A stretch of DNA of 64,000 nucleotides from Octopus vulgaris (lineage: Eukaryota): the NCBI GenBank assembly GCA_951406725.2, contig OX597822.1, forward strand, positions 86,180,001 to 86,244,000, given 5' to 3'. The translations under genes and the position numbers were made by a program. Positions 1-13,169 of the stretch are shown one piece after another. Below the pieces are notes generated by a model that saw only the letters and a program-made list of their open reading frames with translations, did not search any database and had not been told where the DNA came from. The stretch's first letter is position 1; every line of letters begins with the position of its first letter.

Positions 1-52
1 ACGGGGACGTAAACATACCAGCATCGGTTGTCAAGCAATGCTAGGGGGACAA

Positions 53-94
<42 letters not shown>

Positions 95-250
95 CAGGCT
101 TCTTTCAGTTTCCGTCTACCAAATCCACTCACAAGGCATTGGTCGGCCTGGGGCTATAGCAGAAGACACTTGCCCAAGATGCCACGCAGTGGGACTGAAC
201 CCGGAACCATGTGGTTGGTTAGCAAGCTACTTACCACACAGCCACTCTTC
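1..250 (-). mobile_element. tRNA-derived CORE-like SINE with internal (TA)n; 3' part outside window
   Basis: Reverse strand reads GGCTGTGTGGTAAG...GGGTTCAGTCCC (A/B boxes), then TCTTGGGCAAGTGTCTT; same layout as 30265-30668 and 53740-54012. Confidence 0.8.
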
Positions 251-253
251 TCC

Positions 254-1062
254 TACATCGTTTTATCAATTTTGATGAAACTTGACATGTGAGTAGAACT
301 CATATCTGGAAACCTTATTGGCATACTCATATTATTGAAAAAAATTGATAATAGGGCCCTGGAAAGGATCCTTATATATATCTAATATATTCACCCAGAT
401 TTTAACAGCCAAGGGAAATAACCTGTTCATTTTCCTAAATTATTTGGTATAAATCAAATTGAGTTTGCTTATTTCTTAGTATTTGAACTGTTAGAGTTAT
501 TTTCGCAATTTATCCAGTACAACCCTTAAACAAGTAAATAGTATTTTCCTAAACAATAGATCCACTTATTTCGGTTAGTGTCTTATTCACAAATATACCA
601 ACACTAGTGCTGCTGAGGGTAATATTCTCTGAGAACGCACAAAAGCCCTTTTCAGAGTTATTTATTTTGAATTGCTATTATCTCATATCTGGTTAGCCTG
701 TTATTACATAACATGCTTCATGATCTTTGTATACATACCTTTGTATTTCCTCCTAAGTTCTATATACTCTGAGAATGCATTAAAGCCCTTTTCAGGGCTA
801 CTTTATTTGAATTCTTACTATCAGGTAACTAATTTCATGTTATCACATAATTGACTTCACAATTTGGGTATTCATAACTGATTAGGAATTCCTAAAAACA
901 AGATCCTGTGTAAGACAGCTCGGAATTCTCCGTAAATGCACAAAAACCGCTTTAAGGGCTACATACTTTGTACTGTTGTTATTGGATTAGCAGAACAATT
1001 ATGAGAACGGAACCAAGGGATAAGCCTTGCTTTCCCAGGAATTACCGGGTACATCAGTTAAT
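254..1062 (+). mobile_element. Helitron-like non-autonomous element with internal ~140-150 bp subrepeats
   Basis: ATCAATTTTGATGAAACTTGACA motif near the 5' end; ...CCGGGTACATCAGTTAAT resembles a degenerate Helitron 3' end; subrepeats begin near 626, 767 and 927. Confidence 0.4.
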
Positions 1063-1149
1063 ATATATATATATACATATACATACACACACATACATAT
1101 GTATACACACATTCAGACAAACAAATGCAGAGACACAAATTTGCATGTA

Positions 1150-1475
1150 TAGCCAGTGGCACGTAAAAAGCACCATTCGAGTGCGATCGTTGCCAGCATC
1201 GACTTACTGGCACGTGAAAAACATTCAAGCATGGTCGTTACCAGTGCCACCAGACTGGCTCCTGTATAGGTAGCACGTAAAAAGCAGCTTTTAAGCTGGT
1301 AGCACATAAAAGCACCAACTACACTCTCAGAATAGTTGGTGCTAGGAAGGGCATCCAGCTGTAGAAACTTTGCCAGATCAGATTGGAGCCGCCTTCTGGC
1401 TCACCAGTCCTCAGTCAAACCATCCAACACATGCCAGCATGGAAAGCGGACATTAGATGACAAAATGATGATGGT
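1150..1475 (+). mobile_element. RTE LINE 3'-end fragment
   Basis: GGCACGTAAAAAGCACC subrepeats, AGGAAGGGCATCCAGCTGTAGAAAC, CATGCCAGCATGGAAAGCGGAC and (GAT)n tail. More than 20 related fragments occur in the window. Confidence 0.8.
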
Positions 1476-2919
1476 GACAGACACTCAAATACAGACACAC
1501 ATAGTCACATATCTATACACACTCAAGCATATACTATATAAACACACACAAGCATGTATATACACATACAGACATACCCAAGGATACACATAAAGAACAT
1601 GGGGATAAATCCATTTCCTTTAACATTCAATTTTGATTTTAAAAAACTGTCAGGATATTTGGGGTTTCAGCTTGCTACAGAAAAATATTGAGTTCAATTT
1701 TTTTCCAGGTAACTAAATTATTTCCTAGCAGAATTCTCTAAGGCAATCCAAAATTACAGAAAGAGAATTCATAACTTACAGAAATATTTTTAAGGAATTA
1801 GTGAAGCAATCTCTATTAGCAACTAAAAGTGACCAGGGAGTGGGGTTGCCTGCCTTTTCCTAAAATTACCACATTAGATGTTGTCTATTACCTCTAAACT
1901 TGATCAACGGACAGGTGCATTCATGCACACATACGTATGCATACATACTGTGATTAGATATGTAAACATGAACAATAATCTTACAGCAATGTTTTACATG
2001 TAAAAGAACAAGAATTGCATTGAAATGCTCAACTAGACTCCATAATTTCAATCAAAAAGATTGCTTTCATTTATTAAACACTAATCCCAAAGCCATTTGG
2101 CACTTGTGTATAACAAAAAGATCAAGCTTTATTAATTACCATACATTTGATTAAACTATTAAGCACATTTAGAAAACAAACAAAAATAGATCATTTTCAC
2201 CACAGTATTTTCTTAGCACCTACAAATCAAATTCTGAAAATTAATTATAATAAACAGGCAGGTGCAACACCATTGGTTCCAACACTTGCCAAACCAGTGG
2301 CTAAATGAATAAAACTATTTTAGACTAAATCTGAGTGTGTGTGTGTGAATAATTAAATTTAAAATGTGATTTTGAGACTAACAGATTAATAATACCAAAC
2401 AATGTTATTAAACAGCAATCAAATTCCTTGCTACACCACTAACATACCACAAGATGTAAATTGGACAGCTTGTAGAAAGTTGAAATTCTTTTCTTCAAAA
2501 TATTCACAAACTAAAAGTTGTAATCATAGAGAAGAATGCTAGCAGGAAAATGTGTAGGACAGGAGACTTACACAGTATGTGTAATAACAAATTACTACAA
2601 TCAAGATATGTTACAATGTCATAATCCAGTCTCATGCTTCAAATGTTACGAAGCTACTACTCTATGCTGACTCATTCTACACTTTAGAGGTGTGTCATTT
2701 GTATTCAAGTTACTCATTCCATTTCATAACGTGCTAAATATGATAAATTTAAATCAATCTCTTATAAACAGAAACTTTGAGACAGTTTTCAACAATATCT
2801 AATAAATTTGAAACTAACTAGACCTAATATTATAAGAGAGAGAGTGGGAGGGAGAAAGCTATTTAACATAATAATACTTCTAACCTGAAGTTTTAGAAAA
2901 AAGGAAAGATAGGACCTCT

Positions 2920-4500
2920 ATTACTATGAGGTAAATGGCTTGATATGCAAAGAAAGAAGTAGACAGAAATTTGGTATGTTGTATCTAATGTAAACTGTGG
3001 ATGCCCAACATGTAGTGGGATCACAGCCAAGCTGTCAGAGAAGGTAGACTTTGTTATGTGACAGCTGGACAGAAGTGGTTAGTAATAAGAATATACATGA
3101 AATGAATTCTGTTAAATACTTGGTTGTCTCACTCAATGTAGTTGACAGCATTTTTAGCTACTGAGACCTAATAAGCAGTGAGCAAGATTTGAAAACATAG
3201 TAACCATGGATAGAACAGGGTGGAAAAAGTTCAGCGAGCTATTATTACCTCAGTTGCTAACATGATTTCTGTAATCAAGTGAAGGGGAGATTGTAGAATG
3301 CTTGGGTATGAAGCGAGCAAGATGTGAGCTTTGAATGTAGACGATTTATGATGGCTAGAAAGAAATATATTTATAATATTAGTGTGAATGAATGACAACA
3401 TAAATGATTGGAGACAAAAATTGGACACAAAGAATCAAATGCAGCAAGCTGGAGAGAAGACAATGCTAGTGCAGTCATTTATATGACAGTTGTATAAAAT
3501 GCAAGCATTCTTCTATATGATTACAAATTTTAGTTTGTGAATATTTTGAGAAAAAAATTTCAACTGTCTACAAGTAGTGCAATTTACTTCTTGTGGTATG
3601 TAGTGATGTAGCAAGGAATCTGACATTCTATTTGATATTGTTAATCTGTTAGTATAAAATGAAACTGTATTTTCACAAGCTGTAAACCGTGGAAAAGGAA
3701 AACATGAGACCAAGTGCTGAAGACTAATCTCAAGAGACTGAAACTCAGAGAATCATGACAAGTGGCAACATCTGGAGGAGACTTCACTTCAACTCACAGA
3801 AGTAGTCATTACAATAGTGGTAGCACTGCATGTTGGGAACAGATATCTACATTGGGTGTTGCTAATATTCCTGCTAAGTCTTCATATACTGCCCTCTTCA
3901 TTATCCTCACATTTCATCATCCCTCTCTACTATTCACTGTCTTATGCTGATTGTCTAAAAACAGCGTCTGATTTGACTATTCAATGCCTCTTAGCACCCA
4001 CTCTCTTTCATCACCTGTATAACAAGAGATGAAATGAGATCTGTCCATACTCAGTGCCTGTTACTACTACTCTCATGTGACACCTCATTGATATCAGTCA
4101 CTCTCATCCACCCTTGTTATCTCATCATGTTGATCACACTTATTTTATTCAACCCCCTTACCAACAACTAGCACACAGCTATCACCGTCTCTTCTATTAC
4201 TTCCTGTCCTATCTTCCCATTATGCTTCTCACATTGCACTCATACTCTTTCTTCTATTCACCCTCTCAATCAGGTTTGCACTGAATCAAGGCAATATTGA
4301 CTTTAGAGGAGATGACCATCTTTCTGATGTTGGTGCCACAATAAAATGCACTCCTTGGTACATTCTAAAGCAGTGAGCATAAGAAAGGCCCAACTGATTA
4401 ACAGAATGCACAAGCAAAAACTCTGCCAAAAATTCACAAGCAAGATGTGGTTCCCAACCCATCAAGGAGGGCAGTAACTCTGAATCTTGGACCATGACAA
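2920..4500 (+). mobile_element. Highly degenerate RTE LINE
   Basis: Remnants of the Cys finger, IRTGWKKFSELL and GKGK motifs, followed by a pyrimidine-rich 3'UTR and the family tail. Confidence 0.6.
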
Positions 4501-7500
4501 CCCTTATCAACACAAAGCAAAGGTTAAATGATGATGGGATAAGCTCACATTCTTTCACCCTCACTTCCAACATGTCAAAGTTTGAACAAACATGACACCT
4601 CTACACACAACCAACCTTCTGGAAATAACAGCCAAATTCTCCTATAACTTACACCCACAATCTTAAAAAAAAGTAGAGTACACTGGACATAAGTGCTTTA
4701 TAGAAAATTTTTTTTAAACTGTCAAGATAGCCATAGGTAAAATGGATTTCAATGATAAGTTCGCTCCATCACATGACACCTAGCTAAATGATATCTCAAA
4801 AATTGATAGAAACATCTGTAAATAATTAATTCTTTTATAACACTGACTGTCTTTCCTTTTTTATGACCACCAGTACAGTTTCTGTAGAGACAAATTTATG
4901 AGAGACTCCCTTTCCATCACATACCAGTAGTTTTGCCCTTCAAAGCTTTTGGCTGTATATTGCATGAAAATCCTTTAGATACATTGTCTGCCCATAAGCT
5001 CCATCGCTGCAGTGCAAACAGGGTGCTCTCTCCCCACTACCTATAGTTATATATTCTGGTTTACCTTAGCATTCAGTAATTGCCAATTTTTCTTCTTTAC
5101 ATAAACGACCCATTTGCTACACCATGAGTGATTGTTGACATTCCATGGCTTCGCCTGTAACCATCCAAATGAAAAGGTGGCTTGACATTTGAATTCCTTG
5201 TTCACATTATTACTAGTCACCTTGTACTTTTGAAAACCAGTGGAACAAGAAATCCTTTGAAAACAAAGGTTTGGTGACGAGAAAGGCACCCAGCTGTAAA
5301 ACAGTACCTCAAATAACTCTCATCCAACCTATGCTAACATGGAACAATGGATGTTAAAAATGAGGAACAACATTATACCACTTTTAATCTTCTGAACATA
5401 TGCAGTGCACATCCAACTAAGGACACTATATAGGAGTTATATTACCTCTGTGAACAGACCTTCAAATTATTGGCCGAAGCACCAAGGTACAACCACTATA
5501 AATACCTTGCATCTTGTACTAAAGCCTCCCAATGTTATAGCACACAACCAAAACCCTCAAAAGAATAAGTAACTGCTCAGCAACACAATCGTATCTCTTA
5601 AGGCAACATCACTGTCATTTAACATCTGATTTTCCATGCTGGTATGAGTGGGACGGTTTGATAGGAGTTGGTGAGTCAGTTCACATACACATTGCCAAAT
5701 CAGCATCGTAAAGAGTAAGCTTCATTTTAAGAGGAGAAAATAACCTCAGCTCTGATCTGTTGCTCACACACCATAGAATCTCAAGTACATCCCTCACTAC
5801 TGTTCCCATATTTAAGACAATGCTGCTAAACACACACAAACATACTCGCCTACAGGAGAAAAAAAGATAAATCCACTTGACTATTTAACAAATATTTCCC
5901 AAACACACTGCATACACAAGCCCAAAGACCGGTTTCATCTTTGCCTCTTCCATCATCACTACAGCTTTAACACATCTAAAATGGTTGTTTACCATTTCTA
6001 TCCAACCCAACCATATGTAATTGGCTCCAACTATCACTCTTTCAAACATCAAACTAAATACTTTACCTCACTCCATCTTTGTATACATTTTTTTTCCTGA
6101 AAGCACCAAGCTACAGGTGTTCATAACATTATGATTATTGCCATCAAACATTACAGTTATTGCCCTGTCCCTTGCTAACTTATGCAGCAATCTATCAATG
6201 TCTGTTCCCTCCCTCTCACTGCTTACTCCATATTATTTCCAATTCCATCATTCTCACTTGGTCATGTTGACTTGAGCAAAGATAGACAATAAAAAGCAAA
6301 GTGGAGCTTTTAAGTAAACTCTCACTCTAGTACCTCAATAAAATACACCAGTACATTGGGTTGGCAAACAAAGAGCAACAACATAGAGAGGGCTCAATAG
6401 GTTTGTCAAGAAAAAGATGACTTCTAGTGCCATAATAAATTGTACCCAGTAGCACAACATGTGAGAAAGATGGTATGCAGGAAGTACATTCTTTAAAGCA
6501 ATTGGCATCCAATTATAGATATCATGCCAAAAAAGTGTACAAAATGGGATTCCCAACCTAAATATATTTGGGCAAGAACTCCAAATATTAGACCACAACC
6601 CAATGTATGCCAGCATGGAAGGTAAATGTAAAACGATGAGATGTAAGCTCAAATGTCAACTATCAATTTATCCTGCACCAGTGTGTCAAGAAGAGCTAAT
6701 AAACACACACACATTGTGCCTATCCTTTGTAAGAGGCAAAGTAAACTATCAGTAGAGTACAACTTCAACACCAAACATTGGCTAATGCTTTAAATGCCAA
6801 GCCACATTTTCAGCTTACTTGTCTTCTATACAAAATAATGCTGAACATCCAGTGGATCAGGATCAATGACTTCCTCTCCCATGCTTTATGACTATACAAT
6901 ATTAACACTTCTTACACAGATTTTAACTTCTGCTTTGGACTTCACTGCTTTAACTTGAGTCATAAACAATTTAGATGCCTTCTACAAACTGACATATCCA
7001 AATATATTTTACCATTGTAGCATCCTGAAAACTCATTATAAACAGCACAACTGTATCAAAAGTTCTATCATGTAGACAGCAATTCATTTGTAATTCTTTA
7101 CTACTTGTGATGATGTTAATAATATTAAAAGATACAGTCATGTGCTTAGGTTCACTCTACAACCCCAGTTTGATCCTGCTGTACCTTCAACAATAACATC
7201 AGATTAATAGCTACCTCATGAGTGAAATTCTACAAATGGAAACAATGTGGAAGGTCCATTCACATGAGTGTATTGAGCATCAGATCTGTATCTGATACAG
7301 CCAGCTCTCTTCCTCCTACTAGCAGCATATAGCTAGCAATAAGTGTCTCCACCACCACCACCACCACCACCATCATGGTAGCCTGGTTAATGTGATTGCT
7401 CTGATACACACCACCACAACCTTCAAGTATCCATCATCAACTTGATCGGAGTGGAGGAATGAGGCTCTCTTAGAAGCTAATCTTAATTATATTGTTAACC

Positions 7501-10500
7501 TTCACTCCCTTTGGCTTTTGGCAACCCTCACACTGCTGGAACATTTTTACAATTATCCAGCATTCTTTCTCCCCCACTACTGTCTATCATTATCCTCTCA
7601 AAGCACTGTCCCTCTTCTTCCTCTTCCAATTGTTTACCCCCACCCCTTCTACCCATTATTAGCCATGCTGCAAATGGAGACAATAGGAATTCCTTTGGCT
7701 TTTGCAGGGTAGAAGACAATGGCACCAGTACTGGTGCCATGTTAAGATGTAAAGTGATTTATGACAGAAAGTGTGTCCAGCCACAGAAACAATGTTTGAG
7801 CAAGACACGATTCCCTGCTGGCTTGTCCAGAAAGACAATAACCCAAAATAAGGACCAACTCAGACTGTAACACCACATCCATCCCATGTCAGCATAGAAA
7901 ACAGGTGTAAAATGGTAATTATATGCATGTTTACACATACGGGAGTAAAATTATGTGTTTAAAAGAAAACTTGGCTGTTTGATAAAGAGATCGATGATCT
8001 AAATACTAACTAGACTGAAGTAAACACTGCAATCAATATGAATAGTTAAAAGGCAAAAAACAAATACTGCAATCAATATAAAAGCCTTAAAGCAGGTGCT
8101 CCAGCATGGCAGTCAATGACTAGCTAGAACATGAAAAATTTTACCTGATAATGTCAAACTAATGATTTTATGTAAGATTACTGAAAAACTCGAAAACATG
8201 CTGAGAAGAATAATATATCATTTATAATATTTCCATTTGATAAAAATTGTGATGAGAGCAGAAACTAAGTTTACAAAGGCTTGAATGTTACATGCCAAAT
8301 GTTAAAGATTTCTCTGCAAAATACTGGTTTCAAATTTAGACAGAGGGGAGGGGTTAAATTGATTACATCAATCTCAGTGCTCAACTGGTACTTATTTCAT
8401 TGATCCCAAAACGATGGAAACCAAAGTCAAGCTCACAAAATGCTAAGCATTTTGCACAGCATGAAAACAAGTCTGCCAGCTTGCCACCTTCTCTGCAAAT
8501 ATTAGAGGAAACTAGCATTACTGATGCAACATTACAAATATAAATCTCATAAATGTGTATCAAAAAGGACATATTTTAAAAGATTCTTTTAATCTACAAC
8601 TGGGACAGGTAGTTGGGGAGGGGTCTTTGTCAGTCTGAGGAGGATCTGTAACATTTACACCCTCCTAGACAGAGGAATGTAATAGTTTGATGAGGTCAAT
8701 GCTGTTAATGTTTAATTAATCTAAATTGTAGAGAAAACAGGACAATGATTGGTCAAGTTGTTCAAGTGATCAATAAATTGCTTGGCAGTAGCTGTTTTGG
8801 CTTTTTGTGTTATCAGCAGGGTCAACTTTACCTTTCAATCCTTCTGAAATGGAATGGTCAATAAAAGTACCAGCCTTGCACTACAGTCAATATTCTCTCC
8901 CTTTCTCAAAGTAATCAGGTGTGGTTAGACAGAAAAAGGGATGAGGCCTGCAAGATCTAAAAATACTCAAGACATGCTTTATGTTCCAATAAGGCAATCG
9001 ATAGTTAAGAGACAAAAAACAAAAAATAAGGGCTTCAAAAATTATGGAAGACTAGTATTGAAGTCTTGGGACATATTTGCATTTAATAAAGGATCTAATT
9101 CAGGCTCAAAACTGAATCATCTTTTTGGATATTGAGATACAATTCTAATTTTGTGAAGTCTGAACTATGTCAAGAATGCAGGATCTTCAGGAGAGAAGGC
9201 ATGCAAGATTTTGAATTGTGATGTTAAATATAGTTATTGGTTTCCTAATAATTTTTTATTCCTGTTTTGAGGTTGCTAAATGGAAATAAGTTGTGTGATG
9301 TAAAATGTCTTTTGTCAATGTCACAGGGATGCCAAGCTTGGCAAGAAGTATTATGTTGACTTTAGCCAGTGTGCAGAAAGTGAGAAAATAATGTAGCTTG
9401 GTTCAAACAGCATAAGATGGAGTCTGGGAGTTATTATAAAAGAGAACAGAGGTAGGGCTGAGACAAGAAATAAACCATGCAACACATGAAGTAGATCATA
9501 CATAGACCTCATTTCACTGATAAAGGAGACGTACATTTATGTTGTTATATGTAATTATTTTCTGTCACACTTTAGAAGGCTACAGTTGGTAATCAAGAGA
9601 ACATTCAAAGCAAGTAAGGTGACAACAAAGAGAAAATTGAAGTAAGAAACAACAGAACTTGCTTTTAATAGTTGCTGCACAAAAGAAAAAAAAAAAAAAC
9701 TTAAAAGTTAAGGAAAAAAATTTTCTGACAGTGTGCATTGATATAAATAGTTTTTGCTTCAGAGGGCTCTGAAATGAAACAGTAAAACTCAGTCTTCTTC
9801 ACAACACTCAAACTTATTTACAAAATCTAAAAGTTACTTCAAAACAAACATTCAATAGCCAAAAAAAAAAAAAACTCTAAACATGTTGCTAAATAGCTGT
9901 TTATTTCTAATTTAAAAACACTTGTTTTAATTAGTGCCTTGTTCAATGATTTGAATGGAGATTACAGTCCACAATTTTACAATAAGAATTTAAAATACAT
10001 TTCAAAAGGGCATCATTATTTCCATTTAAAGTATTACTGAATAAAAACTATAAAATACAATACTATAATTTTAATCTATAGAAACTGATAAACTTTGTAC
10101 ATAAGTGTAGAATTTTCACACCAAGATGAAAGTACAAAATGTGGAACCTATACAGAAATTATTTATTGATTTAATATTTTATCCAATCATAATATCCTGT
10201 AAATGTTTTTCTTTAAAGACATTATCCTCCAATAAATGTTATGGCTGTAACATGTATAAAAAAAAATAAAGGAGATGCACAATAGATGAATAGCAGCTGC
10301 AAGATGACAACCATTCAAGTAGCAGACAGCCAGTGAAATTAATGCAAGTTCTAATTAGATTGGATAAGCTGTGGTTTTGGCTTGTGCTAGGACATGCAAT
10401 AAACACACCTTCTTCACTTGGAGGAAGGAGTCTGTAGGAAATTTATTCTGTAGACTCAGTGCAACAACTATTTAGCATCGATTACCTTGCAGTCTGGTGG

Positions 10501-11769
10501 GTGCTGACAGCTTTGTGGGCTGTCCATATCCCAACCACATTTATCCTTCATGACTTACAGGCATTATATAATGTGGGGTGATTACACTGGTTAGCTGGAT
10601 AAAATAATACTAACAGTTAAAGATATGTGACAGAAAAAGAGAAAAAAGTGATAACTAGGTCAGACTTTTAGACTTTATAGATAAAATGACATCAGATTGT
10701 AAAAAATGAGGTAAGCCCAACACAGATTAGGAAAACAATAAAGAAAAGATTCCTTTCAATTATCAACTGGAGAGCAACTTATTTTATAGATCAACAAACA
10801 TACAGAATAAGGACCAAACTGAAATAGGGAGTGAGGTCAATGTGATTGACAAACAGAAACCAATGATTACAAATACACACCCACATGGCTTACATAATTA
10901 TATCAATGTAAATGTAGGCCAAAACAAATTTATATTGAATTGAAAGTTGTGACAAAAATTTTGGATGATGAAAGTAAAACAGCTGAATCAAAGGAAATGA
11001 GAGGTTTAGCAAAAAGTAATAAAAACAATTCTGTGGAATAAGTCTGATTCCACTGTTGAATAGTTTTACTTCTAAAAAAATTAACAATAAGGAGAAGGTA
11101 AAAAAAAAAAAAAACTTCAATATACATGTAGTCAAAATTAGCTTTTAAGTGTGCAAAGGTTAAGGATGAAACTTGTTCTAGAAACAAGTGTTCAATGAAC
11201 AATTTCCTCATTTATAGAACTTCAGTTTACTAGAGACTACTTAATATAACAATCAATTAAGCTTATTCAATACTAGCTACACACACACACATTTTATTGG
11301 CCCAGGAGGAAAGAAAGATTACAATTTGAACAGAATAGGTATTATTAAAAAGGAATATCAACTGTGAGTGCACCGATATTTTCCAGATTCAATATGTGGA
11401 CAGAACAAATATTTAGCATTTAATTTTCAAGTCAACAGAAATTTAAGACTCGATACAAAAATCGATGATCTGAAGTAAATATAGGCTTGCTGCATAAACC
11501 ATCGCAATTTCCAAAGATTCACTTTCTGCTCATCAGTAAAAATTTCCTTCACATCAAGTTATAGAAGATCACAAGTTTATAAGAAACGAGTACACCCTAT
11601 TGAATGGACTCAAGTGTATTTGCTGAAACTAATTTTCTGGACACTAGAAAGGTAAAAGATAACTCAACCCAGGAACTTAAAACTGTGAGACATGATTAAA
11701 ACAATTTCATAAACTTAAAAAGTTTCACAACACACACAACCACAAAGGTAATGAAGCAACCTCTTCATC

Positions 11770-11910
11770 AGCTGATCTTAACTGCAGCTCACAGGGCCAC
11801 ATGCAGCTCTCAATGGTTTCACTCTATAAATATAAATTTTTCTTTGACTTAAGTTTTACTTTTTTTGGTGTGGTCCCTACAAAAATCCAGGTTTTGGATC
11901 TGACCCAGAA
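11770..11910 (+). mobile_element. Degenerate hAT-type MITE
   Basis: GCAGCTCACAGGGCCACATGCAGCTC resembles a CpG-decayed GCGGCCCGCGGGCCACATGCGGCCC subterminal motif. Confidence 0.35.
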
Positions 11911-13169
11911 TTTTAAGAAGTTGTTCCTCAATGTTCAAGATAGTGACCAAATTTCCCTCAAATCATAGTCCTAAAATGATTACTTTGGATAATGTAGTCG
12001 AAAATATACTTTGTCTAAAAAAAATTTTTTTTAAGATGGTTATAATGGTTATGGCAGGAATATCTTTGATGATAAGTTTGCTCACTCATTACAATATTTT
12101 ATGTCATTGAATTCAAATCCTGCAAAAACCAATAGAAAAAAAGAAATCTAATATTTTCATATAATTACCAGGTTCCAAGTCTACTTTGCAAAATGGCAGT
12201 CAAAAGAGACAATGAATGAATTTATAATGTTTAAATTACTTAGCAAACAAAAAAAAGTCAGTAATATTACTCTGTGAACTTGAAACTATAATTGCATTTA
12301 GCGTCATTACTTCTCTAGTCACCTATACTTACATTATAGGTGACACCAACAGTGATAGAAGTTACTTCTCTTTTGCAGATGGCAAACAGAGGGAAACTGC
12401 ATTATATGCAAGACCAAACACGTAAGTAACCTCCCTCAAAGTACATGTTTCAGAAGGATTTATAACAAATATATAATTACTTAAATTATTTCACAATACT
12501 ACTACTACTACTATTACAAAAGACAAAACACATTTGACAAGATCTAAAATCCAGATTTGTGTTTTATGCCTAAAGAAGATATCAGATATGCAAGTTGATG
12601 TTGCAATTTGAAACTATTCCACTTTACTAACACTGCTAATACATCCTGGAAACAACATGAACATCACAATTTTCTATTCCATTTCCTTTACAAAATATCA
12701 GCTTCTAAAAGGGAGATGTTTTAGAGAGATTATAAGCATGCAAACCCATCCCTTGATCAATAAAGAAGGAAGCAGGATAGAAAAAAAAAAGCAGTAAGTG
12801 AAGCATAGTTTGAATCATTAACAAAAAGAAAAATAAAGGAATAAGTCAACAAGTGGGCTTTCTATGCATCACCAAACTGCTAGAAATAACAGCAAAATTT
12901 ATCTCAATACACACTACCAGTTACAAATACTGAATGAAGAGCCAGTCAGGTCTGAAACAATTTTCAGCATAGATTTACTTGATCCAAGGCTGAGTTAGAG
13001 CTAAACAATTAGTGAACAGTTACAGAGATAAATGTAAGAAAGTTGGACAATCCATCATACCACAACTGTCAACTCAAAACACAGAAACCCGAATAAAAGA
13101 ACAGAAGAGTCATTAAACCTCTAACAAAAAAAAAGAAAAAACTTCAAATATGTTTTTTTCAATTAAAAA

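Noticed and set aside
12928-12970. Hammerhead-like ATGAAGAG-CCAGTCAGG-TCTGAAAC
   Set aside because: The core C is missing, stem II does not close properly, and I found no convincing stems I and III.
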